Shown here: one piece after another, positions 53,832-64,000 of the stretch
How the letters are laid out: each line of letters begins with the position of its first letter
Position numbering within the stretch: the stretch's first letter is position 1
DNA from: Octopus vulgaris
Taxonomy: Eukaryota
Length of the DNA: 64,000 nt
NCBI GenBank assembly: GCA_951406725.2
Contig: OX597838.1
Coordinates: 45,198,001 to 45,262,000 of the forward strand
Direction: 5' to 3'
Notes under the pieces: generated by a model
The model's input: only the letters and a program-made list of their open reading frames with translations
Told to the model about the DNA's origin: nothing
Database searches by the model: none
Translations under genes and position numbers: made by a program

Positions 53832-54314
53832 TGTATGTATGTATGTATGTATGTGTACAAAGATACAAAAATCAAATAGAATTAATAGCAAACTCTCCGC
53901 AGAGAATCCAGCCGTCAGGTAACACAGCTGTGAAGTTTAGGGTATTGTTTAAAGTCACCACTCACTTAAAAACACGGCAGTTACTACTGGGGAGTGTATA
54001 ATAATAATTAAAATTCAGAAGTCGGCATATATATGTATGCATACATTTACGTAAGGCTTTTGTAGAGTGTATGCAAGATATAGTTGGCGTCGCTGGTGAA
54101 TCTGAATATGGATGATGAAACGACTGCAAACATACAGGAAAACGTTTTTTAACCTATCACTTTACCTGAATTTTAATTAATAATGTGTGTCTATGTATAT
54201 GTGTGTTTGTGTTTGTGTGTGTGTTTATCTTATGATGACATAAACCAATATATTTTCAAGTAAATTATGATACGAAGCGTATTTTTGTAATTTCATTTCA
54301 TACATATCAACAAA

Positions 54315-54437
54315 TTGAAAAGAAATATGACTAAGAACTGCGTGTACGCCATCCCATGCAGCTGCATGAGATTATACAAAGGCGAAACATGCCACCCCTT
54401 CAAAATAAGGGTACATGAACATATAATGATGATAATG

Positions 54438-54507
<70 letters not shown>

Positions 54508-54700
54508 CAACAACAATAACGAAAAATAACTTAGGAATGAGAAGCCAGGTTCAAAATTTCCCCAGGACACCCGATGAAGGCTGGAGGGTATATCAGCCGA
54601 AACGTTGTGTTAACAACAAGATGAGGAGAAATATCCGTCAAATGTAAATAATGTAATTAAATTAATGTACATAATTCCTCATCTCTTAAATATAGAACTG
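54315..54700 (+). mobile_element. PLE relic: GIY-YIG fragment, (AAT)n, then HHR-bearing 3' end (54567-54610)
   Basis: KNCVYAIPCSC..LYKGET...KIRVHEH, and acac-CCGATGA-a-GGCTG..CAGCC-GAAA-CG-TT-gtgt. Confidence 0.75.
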
Positions 54701-54726
54701 TATTTATGTGTGTGTGTATATATATA

Positions 54727-55205
54727 TATAAACACCTTATAAACAAGGGCAAAAGAGAGAAATTCTAATTCCAAATATGCCAAAAATAGACAAATCGTCA
54801 ATAACCATATAATTTATCACTATAAGCACGCGTCTTGAAGTAAGCCGACAGAAATTTCTAACAAATTCCGTTTGCTTCTTCCATATAAGTAAGTATTTCA
54901 TTTATTTCTTACCGTATTTATCGCTGACGAGGAGAAAATTCTTATGAATTAACACTGAAATTGGAACCGATACGATAATGACGGAAATTTTTTAGAAATT
55001 TCTGTCGGCTTACTTCGAGACGCGTGCTTATAGTGATAAATTATATGGTTATTTACTATTTGTCTATTTTCGGCATATTTGGCATTAGCATTTTTTTTCT
55101 TTTACCCTTGTTTATAAGTTGTTTATAAATTTAACCTTTAAAAGTATTTTTTAATATGCTGGCCTTTCATAGAATGTTTTTCGAAAACTTTTATCCTATA
55201 TTAGA
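54727..55205 (+). mobile_element. Fold-back copy of the 16636-17207 family with decayed HHR (54919-54972)
   Basis: Inverted arms at 54727-54871 and 54981-55127. 54871-55205 is collinear with the reverse complement of 16636-17000. Confidence 0.75.
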
Positions 55206-55307
<102 letters not shown>

Positions 55308-55315
55308 CATATAAT

Positions 55316-55724
55316 ACTCTTTTACGCTTTTACTTGTTTCAGCCATTTGAATCCGGCCATGCAGGAGCACAACCTTTAGTTGAGCAAATCGACCCCAGGA
55401 CTTATTCTTAGCGAGCCTATTACTTATTCTATCGGTTTCTTTTGCCGAACCGCTAAGGTATCGATACGCAAACACACCAGCATCGGTTATCAAGCGATGT
55501 TGGCGGCGGGGATCAAACACAGACACACAAACATATACGCACATACATATACATTCACATATACGTCGAGCTTCTTTCAGTTTCCGTCTATCAAATGCAC
55601 TCACAAGTCTTTCATTGGCTCGAGGCTATAGTAAAAGACACTTGCCCAAGGTGCCACACAGTTGGAATGAACCCGGAACCATGCGATTGGTAAGCAAGCT
55701 ACTTACCACACAGCCTCTCCTGCG
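55316..55724 (-). mobile_element. SINE family B, full length
   Basis: Collinear with 18309-18712. Confidence 0.85.
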
Positions 55725-55726
55725 CC

Positions 55727-55761
<35 letters not shown>

Positions 55762-55984
55762 TATACTACATACATACATGGATACAGGTGCAAATAACTT
55801 GAAATACGTAAACAAACCGGGGTAAAACGAGTGAAATACATAAACAACGAGGAAAAATGGAAAACAGGACAGGTAAACACAGAGAAATGCCCCCTCTTGT
55901 TTACCTATTTCACTCATTTTTCATTCGTTTGTTTACGTAGTACACGCTATTTACACCGTGTGTGACATCCTCTACCCATATATT

Positions 55985-56032
<48 letters not shown>

Positions 56033-56122
56033 CAGCGAAGACTAAGCTCATCAAAAAACAACAACGCGAGGACGTGGTACACGCAAAGTATTAAAAGACG
56101 CTGAAGGAAGGAAAGAAAGGGG

Positions 56123-56157
56123 GTTTTACGTTTCGAGCAAAGTTCTTCTTTAGAAAC
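56123..56157 (-). ncRNA. Decayed minimal HHR motif in a short PLE-type end
   Basis: Minus strand: gttt-CTAAAGA-a-GAAC ttt GCTC-GAAA-CG-TA-aaac. Confidence 0.45.
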
Positions 56158-56313
56158 AAGAAACAGGATTTCCTAGAGAAAAGGAAGACGCGGGAAATAT
56201 AGCCAACATGTATCTACATTATAAATTTTTGACTCATTAGTTGAATGCCTGAGTAACACCTTACAATATCACACACACACACACACAAGCACCCACAACA
56301 CATCTACGTCTGT

Positions 56314-56368
<55 letters not shown>

Positions 56369-56402
56369 TAGATAGATATATATAGAGAGAGAGTGAAAGA
56401 GG

Positions 56403-56493
<91 letters not shown>

Positions 56494-58335
56494 GGAGTGA
56501 CCGAGAAAGAGATGAATATATATCAAATAACATACAATATAAATTCTTGGTTTATTGAAATTATCTCCGCCTCTGAGTTTGAGTCATCGTTACAAAGCGA
56601 TAATTTAGACCAGCTCTACTTGAGAATGCGGGGGTGACATGAGCAATGTAAGTAACATCCGGTAGCTTTAGATTTAGTCGTAGTTTCTGATGTTGTGGTT
56701 TAGTCTCAGATCACTTCTGAACTGCCGCACCTAAGATCAATGACATTCAAACGTGATTAGTAATTCTGCTCGACTAAAATCACGTTGTGCAATGGGTTCA
56801 TTTTGTCTTTTTTTTTAGTGACTGTTATACCGTTTAAGTTAGATTTAGTTGTTATTGTGCACACGTCGAGTGACCGCAAAGAGGCTCCAATATAGAGTCT
56901 ATAGCTAGTTGTTGCGGTTGCTAGTGCTGCTGTATAACCACGGGCCAGATCTCAAGAGATCTTGAGTATCAAGATGCCCCGCCATAAACATTATCCAATG
57001 TTCCATTTGTTTTTTTAAAGATGGCGTGATTTGAGTTGAGGAAGATTTGACTACTGTGTATGTAAAATGAGTACTATCTCGAATCCTAGGATTTATAATG
57101 TTGAATATCTCGTTTCCAATGCGTATAAGTTACACAATTCTACTCCTGAACAGTACGCCGGTTCGTCACAGTGTAACTCATTTTCAAACAAGTGGACTGG
57201 AACAACGTGACATGAACCCAGATCTAGTCAACTTATTATCATAGGCATCAAAGGCGTTCCAGCCATGACTGGCCTCATTTAAAAGACAAATAGTAAGATG
57301 GGATCTACCTTGTGTAATATTTTCTTCCTTTATTTATTAGAGTAGGTGTGATTTGAGGACATTGTTCCTTGAGTAGAAAAGAATATCACCTATATGTTCT
57401 TTGTCTTTTATTATTTTATAGATTAATACATCATTTAATAAATTCATTAGGACATCCAATAGAATATCTTATGGTCCTCGTTCTAGTTCCTGGTCCCCTC
57501 TATGAGCTCAAATCCAGCTATTATGATTCAAAATCATATATTTGTTTCTTTGCTTGCTTTTGTCTTTTTAATTGCGTAACTTATCACTTAACAAATTGGT
57601 AATTCACAGATTCATTCGGGCATCAGATAGAATGTATCTTTTGTGGTACTCGTTCTAGTTCCTGGTCCTGTTCTCCCTGAGTTCAAACCCAGTAGATGTC
57701 AGCTTTGTCTTCCGTCCATTCGGATAGTTAAATTAAAGTACAGAGTACGTACTGGGTTGTTTTCTCTTCCTCTTTCTTTCCGAATTTGTTCGCGTAATTC
57801 GAAGATTCAGGATAGTTTCCCTCCGGGATTTTAGTAGTGCTGTCGTCGTTGTTATCGCTGTCCTTGTATTGTTATTGTCTACTATAACTGAGTAATTGTA
57901 AACGGAAAGCTTTCCGGCTGTGGCTATCCCGTTTTTTTTTTCTCAAATATTTTCTTCGGAAAACAGAGGTGAAGAACGTGTTTGCTTTCGAAGGCCGCAT
58001 TAAAGTTGACTTGTTTGATGACAACGAAATTTGTACTGTTGGCAGAATATTAGATCATGGGAAGAAATGCTTCTTGTTATTTCTTCCGACTCTTTACGTT
58101 CTGAGCTCAAATCTTGTCAGAATCAGACTTGTCTCTTGTTCTTTTACGGTCAATATGATAAAGTACCACTCAAGTACGAGTGTCAGTAGAATCGACCTTC
58201 CATCTTCTCAGAACTGCTCGCCATCGGTAAGGGTCGTCTACTATATCCCTGGACTATACTAAAATTCAACTCCTCGTATATATATATGTGTGTGTGTGTG
58301 TGTGTATGTATATATATATATACATATGTATGTGT

Positions 58336-58376
<41 letters not shown>

Positions 58377-58570
58377 AAACCATACATGCCTATATCTTCG
58401 TGATTGTGTTTGTCTCTCACCTCACCACTTGAGAACAGGTAACCTTGCAGTTCGGCCAAAGAGACTGGTTGTATAAGAATCAGACTTAATAATTAAATAG
58501 TGGAGTCTATTTATTCGACTAAAACTTTCAAGGCGATTCCACAGCGTCGTCGCAGTTCCAAGAGCAAAAG

Positions 58571-58576
58571 AAAAAA
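58571..58576 (-). terminator. Pol III oligo-T terminator of the tRNA gene
   Basis: T6 run 2 nt downstream of the discriminator base. Confidence 0.75.
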
Positions 58577-58578
58577 CT

Positions 58579-58662
58579 TGTCAGAAGTGGGATTCGAACC
58601 CACGCCGGGAAGACCCGACTGCGACCTGAACGCAGCGCCTTAGACCGCTCGGCCATCCTGAC
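58579..58662 (-). tRNA. trnL-CAG: tRNA-Leu, anticodon CAG
   Basis: Full cloverleaf: acceptor GTCAGGA/TTCTGAC, anticodon arm CTGCG-TTCAGGT-CGCAG, long variable arm CGGG-TCTT-CCCG and T arm GTGGG-TTCGAAT-CCCAC. Confidence 0.97.
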
Positions 58663-59333
58663 ACTGCAAAGTTTTTATCGAAAACTTCAGATTTCTATGC
58701 TTGCTATGTTTGAAATGCAATTCTAATTACTTTGGACTAGTAATTACCAGTGTAGATAATGAAATATAAATAGTTGTTTCTAAATTACGCGGTTAGTTGA
58801 GAAGATAAGCTGTAAATAAAATTAAATCAACAGAATTATTTGGCAGTATTAATGATTTTTGCTTTTACGTGCTTCTTCCAGTTCGTCTCTTTTAAGCATT
58901 CAGCAGACTGCAGGTTCCTCTGCCATTGATTTACGACAACGTTACCGTATATGTCTTTCATTTTCGTTTATTTGTTTGTTTTATAGAAAGGTATAGCGTG
59001 GTTAGAATAGATTATGTTGTTATTTATAGCGAAGGATTTGAGAGAGATAGAGAGAGAGAACGAGACTTCTCCGTTGTCTTGTCTACTCGCTAATAAATCA
59101 ATGAAGTTAAAATTGTTGTAGAGAGAATGATATAAGCACTAAAATACGCTTAACTGTCTGTGGTCGGCATGAAAACTTTATTTAATCAAGGCGATGTTAA
59201 TAAGGATGACAGGTAAATATTGATGAACGGTGTTTAAAATCAACAAAACAGAGTTAAAGACTACAACTAAATACACACACGCGCGTACACTCATTATGTA
59301 TATATTCATGTGTATAGATATGGGTATATATGC

Positions 59334-59380
<47 letters not shown>

Positions 59381-59439
59381 ATTATACATATATGCATATA
59401 TGTATATATAGGTCATTGTTTGGCCATTATACATACATA

Positions 59440-59522
<83 letters not shown>

Positions 59523-59571
59523 AAACAAGTAAAAAATAGAAAATGCTAAAATAATTTTATAGTGAACATTT

Positions 59572-59609
59572 CAGTACCGGTTTCGGTCATTTTGAGACCT
59601 TTTCAACTG
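59572..59609 (-). ncRNA. Minimal type I hammerhead ribozyme, U3-A8 core variant
   Basis: Minus strand: cag-TTGAAAA-GGTC tcaaaat GACC-GAAA-CCGG-TA-ctg. Confidence 0.75.
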
Positions 59610-59959
59610 TAACGATTAAATAATTAAATTTAGAAAAATTAGAAGAAAAGTTTTTTTAAAAGAATATTTCTATAGTAGTGTTCAGATTTAAGTGGCATTC
59701 TGCCTTTCTCTGACTCCCTTGTTTGCACTTGTGTGTTCGAGGTAGTTGTGAGTTCTTGGTAGGGTAGTAGAGGGAAGGCTGGTGAGGAAAGGGGGTGGGA
59801 GAATCTGGGAGTGCCCTGATGGTCGTATTTTGAATGGTCAGTGGCGGCTGGCAGTCTCAGTTCAATTCAGGAGAATATTTATATTGACAGGCTTGTTTAT
59901 AGAATTAGCGTAGGTGTTATACTAAAAAACATTAGTGACAAACTTAAGGGGTAGGGGGT

Positions 59960-60230
59960 GGAGAAGAAGAAGAAGAAGAAGAAGAAGAAGAAGAAGAAGA
60001 AGAAGAAGAAGGAGAGGAGAAGGAGAAGATGATGGTGATGGTGGTGATGATTATGACGACGATGATGATGATAACGATGATGATGAAGAAGAAGAAGAAG
60101 AAGAAGAAGAAGAAGAAGAAGAAGAAGAAGGAGGAGGAGAAGGAGAAGATGGTGGTGATGATGGTGGTGATGATGATGACGCCGATGATGATGATAACGA
60201 TGATGATGAAGAAGAAGAAGAAGAAAAAAA
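59960..60230. repeat. (GAA)n/(GAT)n compound repeat inside the PLE 3' UTR, as two similar units
   Basis: Direct reading. Confidence 0.85.
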
Positions 60231-60358
60231 CAGAGAAGGGAGAATATGAATGGGTGTAAATATAGCTATGAAGGGGCTGATTAGTAATGGATTCTATGGA
60301 GTGTAGTATTTGTGTGTGTATATATATTTTTTTCCTTTTATTCTAAAGTTGAGGTATA

Positions 60359-62683
60359 TTAATTGTTTGTCGTAGACCCGTTAAGAAGTGGCTTGTATTT
60401 TGTAATAAAGAGATTTTCTTTACTTATTCTTTGTCTCGAGGTTGTATCGTCCCTAAATTGGTAGAGGGGGAAAATTCTGAAGTTTGGTGTTTTTTTGTTG
60501 GCGCAAGTATCTATGTGTTGGCTAAAAGCTATTTTTCTGTTTTGGGGAATTTTTATCTGGGATCTGTGCAGGGCCATTCGTTTACGCAAACCATTTTTTG
60601 TTTGGCCTATGTACTGCTCTTGACACCCGGAGCAGGTTAGTGAGTATATTAGGTTCTCCGAAGCACATGTGAAGTTGCTTTTCACTGTAAACCGTTGTCC
60701 CTGTTTGAAGGAGAACTCAGAACCCTCGATTAGATAGTCGCATATCCCGCAATTGGGTCTTCCACATTTTTTTACTGTCGGCTTCTGTGTTGAAGAGTGA
60801 ATTCGGGCTTGTGTAAGGAGACTTTTCATGGATCTAGGCTGTCTTTTGCTTTTTATGATCGTGTGTGTTTGGAGGATTGTGTTCATTCTGTGGTCTTTTT
60901 TTAGGAGGGGTATGTTGTGGAGGATGGTGTCGAAGGCTTCGTTATTGAGAGGGTTGTGTGTGGAGATGTATGGTAAGGCTTTTGGTTGTAAGTTTTTCTT
61001 TGATTTGGGATGTCTCAGTTCCTTGATGTTAAGTTGAAGGGCACGTTGAATGCACTTGTCAATAAGTGAAGGTGGATAGTTCCTGGTGATTAGGGTATCT
61101 TTTAGTTCTTGTAGTCGTGTGTCTCTGGAGTTTGCGTTAGAGACTATAGTGCATATCCTTTTTGCTAGATTGAAGGGGATATTCATCCTGGTGTGTCTGG
61201 GGTGGCATGAATTGAATGGAAGATATTGCTTAGAGTCTGTAGGCTTATAGTATATGTCTGTTTCTATTATATTATTAGCTTTCTTAATGAGGATATCGAG
61301 GAAGGGGAGTTGTTGTTGGCTATATTCCATCGTGAATTGGATGTTTACGTCCAGTCCGTTTAAAATTTTCTGGAATTCTATGAGTTTTTCTATATTTTTA
61401 TGCCAAAGGATGAAACAGTCATCTAGATATCTCTTCCAGTTGTTTTCTATGTAGATGGAGAAAGGGCTGCCATATCTTTCTAGAACCTTACGATACAGAC
61501 TGATCTCTAGGTATCCTATGACTAGGTTGGCAAAGGAGGGGGCCATTCGTGTACCCATCGCAGTCCCCGATTTTTGTCGGTAGAAGTTGTCATTGAAGGC
61601 GAAGAAGTTATTTTCCAGGATGAATTTAACCCCTTCTATCACAAATTCTTTTTTGATACGGTGTGGTAGTTCGTTGGCGTGATTCTCTAGCCAGAATTGG
61701 ATTGCCTCTAGTCCTAGGTTGTGGGGGATATTGGAGTAGAGGTTGACTACATCGAAGGATACCAGTATGGTGTTTTTGTTTATAGTATTTGGTAGGTGAT
61801 TGAGCATATCTAAGTCGTCCCTTATATAGCTTTTGACATGTTTGAGGAGTGGTTTTAACAGGGTGTCTAAAAAGTTACTGAGGCGGTGGGTTTCGCATGC
61901 GGGACCTGCTATTATGGGTCTCAATTTGAGGTCATTAGGATTAGGGACTTTAATTATTTTGTCTGTAGCTATCTTGCATGCGTTGCTTATTTTTTCACTT
62001 TTGTGGATCTTAGGTATACCGTAGAATTGGCTAGTTTTACTTGTGAAATTGGTCATATAATCATATTCTTTGTCGGTGAGCCCTGCTTTGTATGGGTTTA
62101 ATATGGATTTTAGTTTCCTCATTATTTTTTGTTGACTGTAGTTTTGTGCCTTTTCATAGTATGTTGTGTCTTCCAGCATAGAAAGTACCAAAGTTATGTA
62201 AAATGTCGTATCCATTAAGACAACAGCACTCCCTTTATCGGCCTCTTTGATTGTTATTGTTTTATCTAGTTTTAATTTGTTCAACTCAGCCCATTCTTTT
62301 TTGCTGAAGTTTGGTTTGTGTTTTTGTTTGTGCATATGTTGATATGGGTAATTTGATATGTGGTCACAGAAATCATCAAGTGTTTTATTCTTACCTTTCG
62401 AGGGGGTGTAGTTACTCCTATTTCTGGCTAACGATTCGTCCTCGTTGTATTTATCGTATAGCTCCTCAGTAAGTCTTAATTTTCTGCAGAATTCTGCGAT
62501 GTCTTCTTTCATTTCATTGTAGTTGGGGTGTTGTGGGGTGGGTGTAAACTTGAGTCCTTTGGAAAGTATGTTTATTTGGTTTGCTGTTATTTCCTTGTGA
62601 GTTAGATTAATAATTTTTATTACTTTTGGTTCCTCCTGCTTGTTTGGTGCTATCTTGTGTCTCTGTGTTTGCGTATTGGGTCT
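60359..62683 (-). CDS. PLE reverse transcriptase plus GIY-YIG endonuclease (frame open upstream of the first ATG at 62512)
   Basis: IINLT..LSKGLKFTPTP upstream of the ATG, then ADKG, DVVNLYSNIP, GTAMG, RYLDD, CGRPNCGIC and IYSLTCSGCQEQYIGQT. There are no internal stops. Confidence 0.95.
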   Translation of the reverse strand, partial: RPNTQTQRHKIAPNKQEEPKVIKIINLTHKEITANQINILSKGLKFTPTPQHPNYNEMKEDIAEFCRKLRLTEELYDKYNEDESLARNRSNYTPSKGKNKTLDDFCDHISNYPYQHMHKQKHKPNFSKKEWAELNKLKLDKTITIKEADKGSAVVLMDTTFYITLVLSMLEDTTYYEKAQNYSQQKIMRKLKSILNPYKAGLTDKEYDYMTNFTSKTSQFYGIPKIHKSEKISNACKIATDKIIKVPNPNDLKLRPIIAGPACETHRLSNFLDTLLKPLLKHVKSYIRDDLDMLNHLPNTINKNTILVSFDVVNLYSNIPHNLGLEAIQFWLENHANELPHRIKKEFVIEGVKFILENNFFAFNDNFYRQKSGTAMGTRMAPSFANLVIGYLEISLYRKVLERYGSPFSIYIENNWKRYLDDCFILWHKNIEKLIEFQKILNGLDVNIQFTMEYSQQQLPFLDILIKKANNIIETDIYYKPTDSKQYLPFNSCHPRHTRMNIPFNLAKRICTIVSNANSRDTRLQELKDTLITRNYPPSLIDKCIQRALQLNIKELRHPKSKKNLQPKALPYISTHNPLNNEAFDTILHNIPLLKKDHRMNTILQTHTIIKSKRQPRSMKSLLTQARIHSSTQKPTVKKCGRPNCGICDYLIEGSEFSFKQGQRFTVKSNFTCASENLIYSLTCSGCQEQYIGQTKNGLRKRMALHRSQIKIPQNRKIAFSQHIDTCANKKTPNFRIFPLYQFRDDTTSRQRISKENLFITKYKPLLNGSTTNN

Positions 62684-63885
62684 AAAAAATGAATGCGGTG
62701 GTTGGGACGGTAGCTAGTATATAGTTGTTCTTTGTTGATTAGGGGTCTCCTGTTGTGATTTGTGGTGTGTGTTCTTGGAGCAGTATTGAGGAGAGCATCC
62801 CGATATCCCATATTCGGGTGTGGTGTTCTAGGAGGCCTTCGTTGGTAATCATTGCAAGTGGTGTGGGTTTGTTGTGCATGGTTGTTTAACCGGTTAATGG
62901 GACGAAGATTTCGTTGGTAACTCCTTTGGGTGGGGATGAGGTTGCAGTGTCTATGCTGTGGGTGTTGATTTATCCTTTCTCTGCTTGAAGTGGGGGTATT
63001 CCTGATATTGTATCGCTGGCTGCTTACAGAGTTGGGGTTAGGTCCTGTATTCTTTTTTTGATAGTAGTGAAGGTTCCGATTTTTAGACAGGTGTGTATCG
63101 GTGTTTGGGTGTTGTTTTGGTTTTCTTATTTTCTGGAAAGGGTTGTTGGAGGCGTGCTCTGTTTGAAAGACGGCTTCATAGTCTGAGAACCAAGTGGCGC
63201 TTTTCTCCCAGCGTTGGAGAGATTTTAGTTCTTCTTTTTCACAGTCCTCTTTCCATAGTTTGGAGAACTTCTCTTGATCTGGGCCTTGGGTCATTTTGCG
63301 AATTTCTTCGTTGATATCTTCATCGGTGGATTTTATTTTATCCTCATTCGTTTGGGCCCTCAATTTCAGAAGTTCTATTTCCATTTTCATTTTTTCCAGT
63401 GCCATTCTCTCCCTGAGGTGTCTTTGTGTTTCAGGTTCTTCTGTAATAGCTTTGAACTGGAATTTACGTGGGAGGATTAACGGGGTCCGGTTGAGCCATT
63501 TTTCGTATATATCCGCTTTGTTGTTGTTTTGGATCATCTTCCAAAAGGCGAACTTTCTATCTCTGAGTGATTTGTTCCATTGTGGTATTATGTGGTGTTT
63601 CATTTGGTATGTTGTTAGAGTATTGATCCCATATATTGACGCGTTTGGAGGTCCTTGGTTAGCGTTGTTAGAGAAAAATGTTCTAATTGTTTCGCATAAG
63701 TTTCCAAGGTTTTCGACAATTTCGGAGGTTGTATTTTTCGTATCTGTTTCTTCATTGTTCTCTCGATTGGGTTGAAGTGTCGAGTCGAATTTGTTCAAAA
63801 AAGTTGACAAATTTGTGTTGATTTTCTTGAGTTCTTTCAGTATTTCTTCGTTTATGGAGGTGATTGTGTCTGTTTTTGTCGGCAT
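62650..63885 (-). CDS. PLE ORF1, 411 aa, with predicted coiled coil and a basic low-complexity C-terminus
   Basis: Uninterrupted ORF inside the pLTR-bounded unit, with heptad-like LRERMALEKMKMEIELLKLRAQTNEDKIKSTDEDINEEIRKM. Confidence 0.8.
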   Translation of the reverse strand: MPTKTDTITSINEEILKELKKINTNLSTFLNKFDSTLQPNRENNEETDTKNTTSEIVENLGNLCETIRTFFSNNANQGPPNASIYGINTLTTYQMKHHIIPQWNKSLRDRKFAFWKMIQNNNKADIYEKWLNRTPLILPRKFQFKAITEEPETQRHLRERMALEKMKMEIELLKLRAQTNEDKIKSTDEDINEEIRKMTQGPDQEKFSKLWKEDCEKEELKSLQRWEKSATWFSDYEAVFQTEHASNNPFQKIRKPKQHPNTDTHLSKNRNLHYYQKKNTGPNPNSVSSQRYNIRNTPTSSRERINQHPQHRHCNLIPTQRSYQRNLRPINRLNNHAQQTHTTCNDYQRRPPRTPHPNMGYRDALLNTAPRTHTTNHNRRPLINKEQLYTSYRPNHRIHFLDPIRKHRDTR

Positions 63886-64000
63886 TTTCTGTATCTCGTG
63901 TGGGTTAATGATATGTATAAGGGTGAAAAGGAACACACGAGTTGATATATATGAAAAAACAAGTAAAAAATAGAAAATGCTAAAATAATTTTATAGTGAA

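Larger units (their letters stand above)
59511..64000 (-). mobile_element. Near-intact Penelope-like element (Neptune-type Cys linker) with direct terminal repeat (pLTR), unit 4434 bp
   Basis: 56 identical bp at 59511-59566 and 63945-64000 (running off the window), two long ORFs and an HHR. The 3' end abuts (AT)n. Confidence 0.95.

Noticed and set aside
57440-57700. Duplicated 80-bp segments as a novel repeat
   Set aside because: They look like diverged SINE A heads (GAGTTCAAA B-box-like).
60359-62512. Selenoprotein-type PLE (UGA recoding as in Naiad elements)
   Set aside because: There is no in-frame TGA, and the ORF ends at TAA.

Overview
AT-rich, microsatellite-saturated eukaryotic DNA with no recognisable host protein-coding exon. 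The SINE families and repeat landscape suggest a cephalopod (octopus-like) genome, which is an inference. It holds one intact tRNA-Leu(CAG) gene, two abundant tRNA-derived SINE families, LINE relics (RTE with a 5' inversion, CR1-group, Dong/R4-type), Tc1/mariner relics, two non-autonomous Helitrons and a 2.3-kb purine-rich GAA tract. The main signal is a system of Penelope-like elements (PLEs) and hammerhead ribozymes (HHRs). (1) A near-intact 4434-bp PLE unit (59511-64000, minus strand) has a coiled-coil ORF1 overlapping the RT-GIY-YIG ORF in the -1 frame across a U UUU UUA slippery heptamer, and its terminal repeat carries a minimal HHR with a compensatory U3-A8 core. (2) About ten short non-coding HHR-bearing inserts occur, most of them in (TA)n tracts. 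They include a terminally redundant 504-bp retrozyme-like unit and several fold-back elements. All structures were read by eye, and no search or folding program was run.
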